A stretch of 64,000 nucleotides of DNA from Tannerellaceae bacterium (GTDB taxonomy: Bacteria; Bacteroidota; Bacteroidia; Bacteroidales; Tannerellaceae): assembly GCA_031274415.1 (NCBI GenBank), contig JAISQD010000054.1, positions 1,691 to 65,690 of the forward strand, written 5' to 3'. Below are positions 9,908-19,927 of the stretch, one piece after another (the first letter of the stretch is position 1; every line of letters begins with the position of its first letter). The notes beneath the pieces are model-generated. The model was not told the DNA's origin and searched no databases. It saw only the letters and a program-made list of their open reading frames with translations. The position numbers and the translations under genes were made by a program.

Positions 9908-10311
9908 ATCTGTATCTTTTTCAATAGTTCGTCAAAATAGTCCCCTTTGGTCAATCTCCCGTTTTCCACCACGACGATTTCTATTCTTCCACTGGCCGAC
10001 AGCACCCCGTCGGACGCCCTGAATAGATCTTGATGGAAAACCAGCCTCACCCCTTCTTTCGACAGGTTCAGGCAGGAGATAAACGAATCCCCGCTTCGCA
10101 GGGAGGCTTTAAAACGGATATCCACACGCGAAACAAAAGCGTCGACCCCTTTCTCGTGCATCGCCCCAAAGTTCTCGCCCAGCGACTCGAGAAATTCGTG
10201 GCGGGTATGTTCCATGTATCGTTGATAGTTGGAATTGTTGACTACGCCCTGAAGATCACATTCGTAATCCCGGACTTTAACCGTTAGCTTAAACATATAC
10301 CTGTTGTTCAT
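9904..10311 (-). CDS. Acyl-CoA thioesterase (YbgC/4HBT family)
   Basis: VRDYECDLQGVVNNSNYQRYMEHTR hot-dog fold motif. Confidence 0.9.
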   Translation of the reverse strand: MNNRYMFKLTVKVRDYECDLQGVVNNSNYQRYMEHTRHEFLESLGENFGAMHEKGVDAFVSRVDIRFKASLRSGDSFISCLNLSKEGVRLVFHQDLFRASDGVLSASGRIEIVVVENGRLTKGDYFDELLKKIQI

Positions 10312-11588
10312 TCCGATCCTTGATTGATGTCTGTGGAAACCATTTTATACATTCTGTCGGACGGACGTACCTTCTCTTTTACCTTAAAAGAAAAACGTTC
10401 GCCTTTCACTGTCTCTTCGACCGGTTTCAAATGCACGCGGATTTCATCTATCGTTTGCATAACGGCCCCTGTCGTCGGGCCGGTAATCAAAATCTCGTCT
10501 CCCCTCTTCAACGCCTGCGATTCCATTTCAAACTCAGCAACGCCAAGCCCGCTGAAGTATTTGATCCCTTTGGCGACGTACACCTTTCTCTTTGTCGCTT
10601 CCGAACCGTATTGGCTGCTCCATTCCCCCAACCGTTGCCCCAAATAATACCCGTCCCAGAACCCGCGGTTAAAGACGCTTTTCAGGCGTTCCTCCCAACC
10701 GGCAATCTTCTCTTCGCCGAAAGTCCCGTCGCAACACGCCCTGACCGCTTCTCGGTAACATTCCGTGACGATCCTCACATATTCCGGCCCCCGCGCCCGT
10801 CCTTCAATCTTGAAAACACGTACTCCGGCATCCATCATTTTGTTGATGAAATGAATGGTTTTCAAATCTTTGGGAGACATGATATGCGAGTTCTCAATAT
10901 CCAGTTCGATACGGCTTTCCCTGTCTTTCACCGAATAGCCCCGGCGGCATATCTGCATACAGGCGCCCCTGTTTGCCGAATAATTCATTTCGTGCAAACT
11001 CAGGTAACACTTCCCTGAAACGGCCATGCATAAGGCCCCGTGGCAAAACATCTCAATGCGGATCAGTTGACCACCCGGCCCTTTGATCTGTTCTTTTTCA
11101 ATCTGTCGATAGATCGTATTGACCTGTTGCAGGTTCAATTCACGCGCCAACACCACGACATCGGCAAAACGGGCGTAAAACGCCAATGCCTCCGCATTCG
11201 AAATATTCAACTGTGTGGAAAGATGTACCTCCTGACCAATACCGTTCGCATAACTCATGGCAGAAACGTCTGCCGCGATGACGGCGGAAACGCCCGCCTC
11301 CTTTGCTGCATCTATAATCTTGCGCATAAGAGGCATATCTTCATCATAAATAACCGTATTCACCGTAAGGTAACTCTTGATGCCCTGCTCGTGACAAATC
11401 GAAACAATCCGGTGCAAATCGTCCGTCGTAAAGTTATTGGAAGAGTGAGCACGCATATTCAATCCCTCGATGCCAAAATAAACGGAATCCGCCCCTCCCT
11501 GTATAGCCGCCATCAACGCCTCATACGAACCGGCAGGCGACATGATTTCAAAGTCTTTTTCCTTCACATGATGCTCTATTGATTTCAC
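10308..11588 (-). CDS. Peptidase U32 family protein (PrtC/TrhP-like, probably an Fe-S RNA hydroxylase)
   Basis: EIMSPAG, GADSVYFG, HLSTQ, HGALCMAVSGKC, NRGACMQICR, FKIEGR. Confidence 0.92.
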   Translation of the reverse strand: MKSIEHHVKEKDFEIMSPAGSYEALMAAIQGGADSVYFGIEGLNMRAHSSNNFTTDDLHRIVSICHEQGIKSYLTVNTVIYDEDMPLMRKIIDAAKEAGVSAVIAADVSAMSYANGIGQEVHLSTQLNISNAEALAFYARFADVVVLARELNLQQVNTIYRQIEKEQIKGPGGQLIRIEMFCHGALCMAVSGKCYLSLHEMNYSANRGACMQICRRGYSVKDRESRIELDIENSHIMSPKDLKTIHFINKMMDAGVRVFKIEGRARGPEYVRIVTECYREAVRACCDGTFGEEKIAGWEERLKSVFNRGFWDGYYLGQRLGEWSSQYGSEATKRKVYVAKGIKYFSGLGVAEFEMESQALKRGDEILITGPTTGAVMQTIDEIRVHLKPVEETVKGERFSFKVKEKVRPSDRMYKMVSTDINQGSE

Positions 11589-11644
11589 CTCACAAAGATA
11601 AGGCTTTTCCGTTAATTCCCATTGGGCAATGCACCTATTTCAGG

Positions 11645-11703
11645 AGATGTACAAAATACCATATGTGTGGTATTTGATACATCTGTGAAGACCCCTATTT
11701 TTG
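11645..11703 (+). promoter_or_regulatory. Bacteroidetes primary-sigma promoter of the SusCD locus, overlapped by a palindromic operator
   Basis: TTTG (11673-11676) N19 TATTTTTG (11696-11703); the imperfect palindrome at 11645-11684 covers the -33 element. Confidence 0.65.
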
Positions 11704-11835
11704 CCCTCATAAAAAACGTTATTTATTAATATATTCATTGAGATGTATGAAAAAAAGGAAAGAATACATGACGCTTGGTTTTTATAAGAATTGCCTTATG
11801 CAAAGCGAATAGAGAACGAGATAGAGAATTAAAAT

Positions 11836-11879
11836 AAGTGTCCCCTCAAGCCGACTGCAATTGGATATCAGGGACACTT
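11836..11879 (+). promoter_or_regulatory. 5'-leader stem-loop just before the susC start
   Basis: AAGTGTCCC ... GGGACACTT stem with an inner CCGA-CTGCAA-TTGG hairpin, 21 nt before the ATG. Confidence 0.55.
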
Positions 11880-11900
11880 TAATCCTAAAAAAATAGAATC

Positions 11901-14900
11901 ATGGCAAAATTATTAAAATTAGTGCACAAAAACAGACTTTTCCGCAACAAAGTTTATTTATTATTGCTTATTCCTCTTTTTCCACTGCATGTTTTTGCAC
12001 AAAAGGGTAGTATTAAGGGTCGCGTTCTGGATGAACAGACGCAGGAGCCGATTATCGGAGCGAATGTTTTTCTGGTTGAAGAAAAGACCGGTGCAATTTC
12101 CGACATTGATGGAACTTTTACACTTGGATACCAGTCGCTTCCGGCTACACTTACGATTAGTTTCATCGGATATAAAATAGAAGAAGTGGTTATTTATGAA
12201 GAGGCAGAACCTGTTCATGTATATCTCCGTGAGGATTTGAATCTTCAGAACGAAATTGTGGTTATTGGGTATGGAACACAGAAACGTCGCGAACTTACGA
12301 GCGCTGTCTCTACCGTATCCAAAGATTTGCTGGTACAGGTAACGCCTTCGCTCGAAAATATTTTGACCGGTTCTGTGGCTGGACTGAACGTGTCGCAAAG
12401 TTCCGGACAACCCGGGGCGGCGTCTACTATCCGTATCCGGGGCGGAAATTCCATTACGGGGGGTAACGAGCCGTTATATGTCATTGATGGCTTTCTTGTG
12501 TACAACGATCCAACGGCTACACGAACCGGAGCCGGTAGGAATGACGCCAGTCTAAATCCGATGGCCAGTATTAATACGGCAGATATTGAATCGATTGACG
12601 TGCTGAAAGACGTATCTGCAACAGCTATTTATGGCACAAGAGGGGCTAATGGAGTTATCATCATTACCACCAAAAAAGGTCGGAAAGGCATGAACAGCGT
12701 CAACTACCAAAGTACCGTGGGATGGCAAAGCATCAGTAAAAAGCTTGATTTCCTGACAGGGACGGAATGGGCGGAAATGTATAATGAAATCCGTGAAGGT
12801 GAGGGTCGGCTTGGCGACTTGATTCCGGCTGATCAAGTGGTAGCCTTCGGTAAAGGATACGATTGGCAGGATGCGGCTTTGCGAAACGGCCTCACACAGA
12901 ATCATCAGTTATCGTTTACCGGTGGCGACGAGAAAACCCGTTATGCTGTCTCCGGGAATTATACGGGTCAGGAAGGGATTATCTTGGGAACAGACCTATC
13001 CCGTTATTCAGCCCGCGTCAACCTTGACCGGGATATATCTTCCAAATTTCGTATTGGAGTGAATGTTTCCGGCACATACACGCAACTCAACGGATTGGTC
13101 GGCGGCGGTGGCAATGAAACGCCTAATGCGTGGGTGACAGCGCTTCGTACTCCACCGGTCATTCCTATATACAATGCCGATGGTAGTTTTAACTTTAGCA
13201 ATCCGTATGCTTCAGCTCAAAAAGATGGGATTAGCCCGAATCCGATTTCAGACCTTCTTAATGAACAAGCGCTGACTGAGAATTTACGTATATTTGGCCT
13301 CTTTTATGGCGAGTATAAAATTCTGCCTGAACTGACGGCTAAAATTAATGTGGGTATTGATCTGGGCAGTACAAAGCAGAGCAACTATTCTCCGTCGTAT
13401 ACTTCACGTGGATTCGATAATCATGGAACAGCGTCTATCGGAAACAAGACGGTGAACACATGGCAAACGGAATACACATTGAATTATTCTAAAATAATCA
13501 ACAATGTCCATGCCGTAAACGTATTGGCCGGTTACACAGCGCAACGTACTGACCGGCAGGCGTTCAGCGGTTCATCGTATAATTTTTCCAATGATGCGAC
13601 TTCCTATAACAGTCTTCAGAGCGCTGCCTCATCGAACTTGCCTACTTCGTCGGCGTATACTTCGACATTGGTTTCTTACTTGAGCAGGGTCAGTTATTCT
13701 TACAACGAACGATATAATCTGACGACCACACTGAGAGCAGACGGCTCTTCCCGGTTTGCTCCGAAGCATCACTGGGGATATTTTCCGTCTCTTGGCGTAT
13801 CCTGGAATATTGATAAAGAGTCTTTCTTTACCGGTGGTAAAAATGTGAGCCATCTTCAATTACGCTTGAGTGGTGGAACTGTAGGAAATCAGGAAATTGG
13901 CGACTTCCGGTATATATCGAATGTGATACCGAAAACCTATTATTTTAATGATACGCCGGTAAACGCGTTTGTTCCGGAAAACCTTTCCAATCCGGAGTTG
14001 AAATGGGAGACAACTTCGCAGTATAACCTTGGCGTAAATATCGGTTTCTTAGGTGATCGCTTGAATGCGGTGTTCGATACGTACTATAAGAAAACCAATG
14101 ATCTGCTGCTGGAAGTCCCTATTGAACTTGTCACCGGTTTCAGTTCAGTAACCCGGAACGTAGGTAGCGTCTCCAATAAAGGAGTTGAATTGGAACTTGA
14201 GGGTAAAATCATTGAACGGAAGAACTTAAACTGGCGTGCGTCGTTGAACTTTGCAAAGAATATCAATCGGATTGAAAGCCTCGGCGATGCTGAATTTTTC
14301 GTTCCTTCTTTCGAAGGCATTGCTACGTTGACGTACCTGAATCCTCTTTTAGTCAAGAAAGGTGAAGCTTTGGGGAGTTTCTACGGCTATAAATTTGATG
14401 GAATTATACAGAAAGATGACGATCTTGCCTCCATTCCTAAACCGACCTTCGGCGAGGTAAAACCAGGCGAAGCCAAATGGAAGAATCAGAATCCGGATGA
14501 AGATAATGTGGTGAACGAGGCCGACCGGGTTATTCTTGGTAATTCACAGCCGAAATTCACCGGAGGATTTAATACTTCACTGGTGTATAAACATTTTGAT
14601 CTCTTTCTTGCGTGGCAGGGAAGTTATGGCAATAAACTTTTTAATGTGTTGCGTTGTAGGCTCGAAAAGACGAATACCTATTATAATTCGTTGAGTGCGG
14701 TGGCAGACCGTTGGACGGAAAATCATGTTTCCAACGAGGTAGCGAAAGCAACTAATTCAACATCCATTGTGGTAGATGATAGATATATAGAGGATGCATC
14801 TTACTTGCGTCTCCGGAATATTACAATCGGATATACGTTCCCTCTCAAGCAAATTACGAAAGATACAAAAGTGAGAATTTTTGCTACTGCATTGAACCTC

Positions 14901-15044
14901 TTCACGTTCACACCGTATAGTGGATATGATCCGGAATCGAACCGTAATGGGAAAGATGAGAGTAGCGGTTTATATCAAGGTGTAGACTTCGGTACGTATC
15001 CGTCTTCCAAGACATTTCAATTTGGCATCAATATTTCATTATAA
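11901..15044 (+). CDS. SusC/RagA-family TonB-dependent transporter
   Basis: VVIGYGTQK, IRIRGGNS...EPLYVIDG, IDVLKDVSATAIYGTRGANGVIIITTKKG plug, NPELKWETT, C-terminal beta-signal. Confidence 0.97.
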   Translation: MAKLLKLVHKNRLFRNKVYLLLLIPLFPLHVFAQKGSIKGRVLDEQTQEPIIGANVFLVEEKTGAISDIDGTFTLGYQSLPATLTISFIGYKIEEVVIYEEAEPVHVYLREDLNLQNEIVVIGYGTQKRRELTSAVSTVSKDLLVQVTPSLENILTGSVAGLNVSQSSGQPGAASTIRIRGGNSITGGNEPLYVIDGFLVYNDPTATRTGAGRNDASLNPMASINTADIESIDVLKDVSATAIYGTRGANGVIIITTKKGRKGMNSVNYQSTVGWQSISKKLDFLTGTEWAEMYNEIREGEGRLGDLIPADQVVAFGKGYDWQDAALRNGLTQNHQLSFTGGDEKTRYAVSGNYTGQEGIILGTDLSRYSARVNLDRDISSKFRIGVNVSGTYTQLNGLVGGGGNETPNAWVTALRTPPVIPIYNADGSFNFSNPYASAQKDGISPNPISDLLNEQALTENLRIFGLFYGEYKILPELTAKINVGIDLGSTKQSNYSPSYTSRGFDNHGTASIGNKTVNTWQTEYTLNYSKIINNVHAVNVLAGYTAQRTDRQAFSGSSYNFSNDATSYNSLQSAASSNLPTSSAYTSTLVSYLSRVSYSYNERYNLTTTLRADGSSRFAPKHHWGYFPSLGVSWNIDKESFFTGGKNVSHLQLRLSGGTVGNQEIGDFRYISNVIPKTYYFNDTPVNAFVPENLSNPELKWETTSQYNLGVNIGFLGDRLNAVFDTYYKKTNDLLLEVPIELVTGFSSVTRNVGSVSNKGVELELEGKIIERKNLNWRASLNFAKNINRIESLGDAEFFVPSFEGIATLTYLNPLLVKKGEALGSFYGYKFDGIIQKDDDLASIPKPTFGEVKPGEAKWKNQNPDEDNVVNEADRVILGNSQPKFTGGFNTSLVYKHFDLFLAWQGSYGNKLFNVLRCRLEKTNTYYNSLSAVADRWTENHVSNEVAKATNSTSIVVDDRYIEDASYLRLRNITIGYTFPLKQITKDTKVRIFATALNLFTFTPYSGYDPESNRNGKDESSGLYQGVDFGTYPSSKTFQFGINISL

Positions 15045-15060
15045 TTAAGACATAACAGAT

Positions 15061-16587
15061 ATGAAAAATACATATTTAATAGCGCTATTCATTCTAGCTT
15101 TTTTCTACACAGGGTGTGCAGACCTTGACGTAAGTCCGAGCAGTTCAATTGACAAAGATGATTTCTATAAAACAGAAGAAGACGCCATTTCAGCTGTCAA
15201 TGGGATTTATTCCATCATGACTAAATGGCCGACCGGATTTTATTCGCTGTATGGTGATTTTTCCATCTATTTGAACGATTTGTCGACCGAATATGTGAAG
15301 GCCGGCGCGAATACAAATAGTCAGTTCATTCGTGAAATAGGCAACGCCAATGTACAACCGGGAAACGAATTTATGAATGCAGGTTGGGCGCAACATTATA
15401 TCGGTATTAACCGCGCCAATCTGGTCATCGACAAACTGTCGGAAGGTAATTTAACTGAAGACATAAAGAATCGCCTGATCAACGAAGCTAAATTTCTCAG
15501 GGCATTATTCTATTTCAACGTTGTACGCTGGTGGGGAGATGCACCGCTCATACTTCATGATGGCGAAGGGGAAGGCGCTCCGCGGGACAATGTGGATGTA
15601 CTGTACGAACAAATAGTGAAAGATTTCGAAGATGCAACCAAATTGCCTGATGATTTTCCGGGTAGTACCGGCGGACGGGCAACAAATGGTGCAGCCATCG
15701 CGACGTTGTCCAAAGTCTATTTGACATGGGCGCAAACCGATTCGGAACAAGGCAGGTCACGGCAAGCTGAATTCTATCAAAAAGCTGTCGACTATGCCAA
15801 TCGTTCGATTAATTCAGGGAAGTACCGTTTGTTTGAAGACTTCCGCGACAACTTTGATGTGACCAAGAAAAATACGGTAGAGCTTATTTTCTCCGCTCAG
15901 CATTCGCAGAACGATAATACAAGCGGACATTGTGTATTCTCCATGGGTTGGTCGGATTCAGAACCGGTATTGATCGTGAACGATCTTTCGTTTTATGATA
16001 GTATTGATGATGCGGATCAGCGTAAAGGCGGCAGTTATGCAAAAACACTCTTTCAACCGTCAACAGGTGGTTTCTTTACTTTCAAAGTGCCACTTTTTAG
16101 AAAATTTATAGATACGATTAATTTCGGAAATGACCAGTATGCCGGTCGTAACATGAACACCGTCTATATCCGTTATGCCGAAGTCTTACTGATCAAAGCG
16201 GAAGCGGAAAATGAACTCAGAGGGCCTACGGCGGAAGCATACGAAGCTATTAATCAGGTGCGTCGCCGTGCCTACAAGCAGTTTCCTCTTACAGCGTCAT
16301 CACCGTATGACTTGAAAGATTTGACGAAAGAACAATTTAGAGAAAAGTTACAGAACGAACGCTTCCTGGAATTTGTACTTGAGGGACAACATTGGTTTGA
16401 TTTGGTTCGATGGCGAACGTTAATCCGAACGGTACGGCCATACAAACCGGCTATTGCGTTGAAAAGTTATCGCTTCCCGATACCGTCCGACCAAATATTA
16501 CTCAACCCGAATCTTACACAGAATTGGGGATATGATGATACATCCGGACCCAATCCATACGCTGGTTATGAGCCTGGTTATGAATAA
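15061..16587 (+). CDS. SusD/RagB-family surface lipoprotein
   Basis: Lipobox YTG-C, EAKFLRALFYF, RYAEVLLIKAEA, ERFLEFVLEGQHWFDLVRW, FPIP. Confidence 0.96.
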   Translation: MKNTYLIALFILAFFYTGCADLDVSPSSSIDKDDFYKTEEDAISAVNGIYSIMTKWPTGFYSLYGDFSIYLNDLSTEYVKAGANTNSQFIREIGNANVQPGNEFMNAGWAQHYIGINRANLVIDKLSEGNLTEDIKNRLINEAKFLRALFYFNVVRWWGDAPLILHDGEGEGAPRDNVDVLYEQIVKDFEDATKLPDDFPGSTGGRATNGAAIATLSKVYLTWAQTDSEQGRSRQAEFYQKAVDYANRSINSGKYRLFEDFRDNFDVTKKNTVELIFSAQHSQNDNTSGHCVFSMGWSDSEPVLIVNDLSFYDSIDDADQRKGGSYAKTLFQPSTGGFFTFKVPLFRKFIDTINFGNDQYAGRNMNTVYIRYAEVLLIKAEAENELRGPTAEAYEAINQVRRRAYKQFPLTASSPYDLKDLTKEQFREKLQNERFLEFVLEGQHWFDLVRWRTLIRTVRPYKPAIALKSYRFPIPSDQILLNPNLTQNWGYDDTSGPNPYAGYEPGYE

Positions 16588-16634
16588 ATGGATAAAATGA
16601 ATTTCATAGACTATATTTAGAACAAATTAAGAGT

Positions 16635-17720
16635 ATGAAAAAAAGAGATTTTTTAAAGTCAGGCCTTTATGCCGCAGGCGGATTAGGCTTTAGCTTGAGC
16701 GGTGCAGCCTCTTTGTTAGTAGAGAATAAGCCGACAAAATCGCAAGCCCTTCCTACATATCTTTCGTCTTCGCGAAATAAACGCGAGTTATTTTTATCGG
16801 TGTTAGACCTGTCCAAACCGAACAAGTACGTTCCAGCAGGATTCTTCCTCCATTTTAATGATAAATTGGGTCAGGGCGCCATCAAAAGCCATTTGGAATT
16901 TTTCCGTGCCACGAATATGGATTTAGCCAAGATTCAATATGAGGTAAGATTACCACAGTTGACGGATATCAAAGAACCGAAAGACTGGGCAAAAATTCCA
17001 GTGTACGGAAAAGAGGTCTTCGGACCTCAGTTGGAAGTCATCAGAGCGATTACAAAAGAATTAAAGTCGGAGGCGTTAGTATTCCCCACTGTTTATTCGC
17101 CATTTAGTTTGGCTGTTCAGTCGGTAGGGCATAATACCTATCTGACGCATGCCAAACAGGATCCTGATGCCGTTGCCAAAGGAATCAAACGGATTACGGA
17201 CGGTATCCTTTACTATATTGATGAAGCGGCCAAAATAGGAGTTGACGGGTTCTATATCTCTACACAAGGAGGTGATATAAAGAACTTCAGCGATGGGCCG
17301 TTGTTCGACAAATTGATCGCTCCGTTCGATAAAATCGTTATTCAGGAAGCCGATCGTGTTTCATCCCTTAACATTCTGCATATATGTGATTTTGGAAGCT
17401 CTTACAGTAATTTGAAGCCCTTTATTTCCTATCCGGGAAGTATCATCAATCCCCCGATACGTTTGGCAGATAGCAGTCCTGTTAAACCAAAAAATGTCCA
17501 AACACTATTCGGACGTCCTGTTTTTGGAGGGTTAGACCGGCTCGGTATTATTTCGACCGGCACTCCGGATCAGATACGTAAGGAGGTGGATAACGTATTG
17601 AAAGAAGCTTCGCCGAATTTTATTCTGGCAGCCGATTGTACGGTTGATAGCAAAACTCCCTGGCAAAATCTGCGTACGGCAATTGATTATGCACATGACT
17701 GGAGGATAACTAACGGTTGA
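16635..17720 (+). CDS. URO-D/MtaA (uroporphyrinogen decarboxylase/cobalamin methyltransferase) superfamily protein with a Tat-like signal
   Basis: KRDFLK Tat-like motif; TVYSPF, GVDGFYISTQG, LHIC, GGLD, FILAADC. Confidence 0.8.
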   Translation: MKKRDFLKSGLYAAGGLGFSLSGAASLLVENKPTKSQALPTYLSSSRNKRELFLSVLDLSKPNKYVPAGFFLHFNDKLGQGAIKSHLEFFRATNMDLAKIQYEVRLPQLTDIKEPKDWAKIPVYGKEVFGPQLEVIRAITKELKSEALVFPTVYSPFSLAVQSVGHNTYLTHAKQDPDAVAKGIKRITDGILYYIDEAAKIGVDGFYISTQGGDIKNFSDGPLFDKLIAPFDKIVIQEADRVSSLNILHICDFGSSYSNLKPFISYPGSIINPPIRLADSSPVKPKNVQTLFGRPVFGGLDRLGIISTGTPDQIRKEVDNVLKEASPNFILAADCTVDSKTPWQNLRTAIDYAHDWRITNG

Positions 17721-17761
17721 TATGAACTAAAGTGTGAAATTAGAAAATAAGGAAAGTAGGT

Positions 17762-18370
17762 ATGAAAAAGCGTAGAGATTTTATTAAAGCAATGGGGTTG
17801 TCATCTGCCGGATTGTTGATTGGCGGATACAACCACCTGAATGCCGCGGTTAATGAAGATAAACCTGCGACAGTGAGAGAAGTGCGGTTGGCTTGTCGCC
17901 AGTTCGCTATGTTGTATTTCAATTTTTGCAAAGTGATCGTCGATGCTGTTGGCGAAGACGGCGCTTATCCGTTGGTGCAAAGAGCGATTTTTGAACAAAG
18001 CCTGGATCGGACAGATCGGGCACGCGCAAAAGCAGAAGCGCAAGGTCTGGATTTTTCCAGAGCCAGTTTCGCTAAAGTAAATGACCTTCCTTTCATTGGA
18101 TGGAGCGCTTGGGAACCGTCTATGGGGGGCGTTCGTTGCCCTTACGCGGAAGTATGGCTGGGCTATTACGACAAATATCCATGGTTCAAACGTTTTGCTT
18201 CTCTGTACTGCGATGTGATAGACACGACCAATGTCGAGAACTTTACCCGGACGACATCCCATCGTATCACCAAGAACCTCCTTTGGGGAGATCCGAGTTG
18301 CGAACGTGAATTTTTTGAAAGTGAAAAAGTAAAGCAAGGGATATTTACCTACGGGAAGAGGGCAACATAA
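17762..18370 (+). CDS. Tat-exported protein, L-2-amino-thiazoline-4-carboxylate hydrolase-like (V4R/H-NOX-like fold)
   Basis: RRDFIK twin-arginine signal; RCPYAEVW...YCDVID...LLWGDPSC Cys pattern. Confidence 0.6.
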   Translation: MKKRRDFIKAMGLSSAGLLIGGYNHLNAAVNEDKPATVREVRLACRQFAMLYFNFCKVIVDAVGEDGAYPLVQRAIFEQSLDRTDRARAKAEAQGLDFSRASFAKVNDLPFIGWSAWEPSMGGVRCPYAEVWLGYYDKYPWFKRFASLYCDVIDTTNVENFTRTTSHRITKNLLWGDPSCEREFFESEKVKQGIFTYGKRAT

Positions 18371-18386
18371 AGTGATGAAAAAGCAT

Positions 18387-18445
18387 GGATTACACGGATG
18401 AGCAATGTCTTAGTTTTCTCAGAATGGCGTCATGCCGTGTAATCC
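18387..18445. repeat. 11-bp inverted repeat between convergent genes (REP-like or terminator)
   Basis: GGATTACACGG (18387-18397) and CCGTGTAATCC (18435-18445). Confidence 0.6.
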
Positions 18446-18449
18446 GTAC

Positions 18450-19118
18450 TCAAAGCCTTATCCCCATGCGGAAACCGATGATCAGTTGGATGCCGCGGTA
18501 GCTGACGTTGTTCATCTCGTTGGTGGAGGGGTAGTATTTGTTGGTGTCGTAGAACGAATGGGTATACCCTACGCCCATATACCCGTCGACCAGTACGCGC
18601 CGGTTCGTTTTTGTCTGTAAACCCACGTATGTGTGTACGCCTAACCTGTTGAAATTCTGCATGGTCTTTTCCCATGTGGGGGTATAATAGGTGAGGCCGT
18701 CTTCCTCGTAATCGGTCAGGGTATAGTCGTTGTAGTCTACGGCGGTATACCCGTACGACAGTCCACCGGAAAGGTAGACCCTTTTGGACGTCAGGTATTT
18801 GTAGTTCACTTCCACCCCCGCTCCCCAGGAGTTGTTGAACCGGTGGTCGTCAAACGCCCATAGCCCCCAAAGGGAGTCGTCGTTTCCCGAATAATACCCT
18901 ATGCCGCTGACCTGCACCCATTGGCGGGGTGTTTTCAGCTGCCGCTCATAATCCAAGCGGAGGCCGTTTATATGGAGATACAATGGCTGGATAGCGATGG
19001 ACTGTTTAAACGCCGGTCGTTCCGGTTTTTCCGTTTTGTCCTGTGCTGCCGTCCGGAAAGGAATCAGGAAGCATACCGCGCACAGGACAAGCATGATATC
19101 TTTTCTTTTCATATTCAA
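18450..19118 (-). CDS. Putative outer-membrane beta-barrel protein (DUF3575-like)
   Basis: Signal peptide and alternating aromatic/Gly beta strands, ending in GFRMGIRL. Confidence 0.65.
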   Translation of the reverse strand: MNMKRKDIMLVLCAVCFLIPFRTAAQDKTEKPERPAFKQSIAIQPLYLHINGLRLDYERQLKTPRQWVQVSGIGYYSGNDDSLWGLWAFDDHRFNNSWGAGVEVNYKYLTSKRVYLSGGLSYGYTAVDYNDYTLTDYEEDGLTYYTPTWEKTMQNFNRLGVHTYVGLQTKTNRRVLVDGYMGVGYTHSFYDTNKYYPSTNEMNNVSYRGIQLIIGFRMGIRL

Positions 19119-19124
19119 CTATAT

Positions 19125-19907
19125 TTAATTTTCGGGTGATACGTTTATTTTACTGACGAATGTGATCTTTTCGCCCCGGTAATCGAACTGGTAAAGCCCA
19201 CCGTTTCCAACCACCAACAGGAGGCCGTTCAGGGGGATCACGTCGTATGCCTCTATCCCGTCCGCTTGCGGGATATGGGTCAGATCGCCTGTCCAGACCG
19301 GTTTTTGAGGATCGGAGACGTCGTATATCTTCAGGCCGTTGTCGCAGATGAAGAGTTTATTCCCGTCAATACCCAGTCCACCGGGGTGTTTGAAGCCGGT
19401 TTCGGTACGTACCAATTGCGGGTTATACAGGTCTGAAAGATCGTATATTTGCAACTCATCTACGGAGCGCCCGCACCAGGAGTGTTCGGAATTGAGGGTG
19501 ACATAGGCATAGTTGCCGGAGGCCACCACCGGGTCGCAACTCGTGATATGCGAAACACGCGCTATTTGCTGGGGGAAATCAGGGCGTGTCACATTATAGA
19601 TATACATGCCCGTCTGTGAGCCAAGAAACAGGAGGGTATCCATCGGGAAGATGGTCTCCACGCCAAAATCCAGGAACTGATCCTTGCTGTCCATATACGC
19701 CGGCGATCCGGCGTCGGAGAGGTCAAAGGTTCTCAACGTACTGTTATCGACCGTATACAGGTAATCCCCGCACACCGCGAAGCGTGCCATGGAGCCACCC
19801 ACTTCGATCGTGCTGCCCGGCGCGTATACCGAGTCATGCCTGCCGTCACATGCCATGAACAGGAAAAAGAGGGAGGAATACAGGAAAAAGAGTTTTGTGT
19901 GTTTCAT
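19125..19907 (-). CDS. LVIVD-repeat lipoprotein
   Basis: Lipobox FMA-C; GGSMARF, VETIFP, HITSCDPVV, repeated L.IYD(V/L)SDP units. Confidence 0.85.
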   Translation of the reverse strand: MKHTKLFFLYSSLFFLFMACDGRHDSVYAPGSTIEVGGSMARFAVCGDYLYTVDNSTLRTFDLSDAGSPAYMDSKDQFLDFGVETIFPMDTLLFLGSQTGMYIYNVTRPDFPQQIARVSHITSCDPVVASGNYAYVTLNSEHSWCGRSVDELQIYDLSDLYNPQLVRTETGFKHPGGLGIDGNKLFICDNGLKIYDVSDPQKPVWTGDLTHIPQADGIEAYDVIPLNGLLLVVGNGGLYQFDYRGEKITFVSKINVSPEN

Positions 19908-19927
19908 TGTCTGTCTGTTTTATGCGT

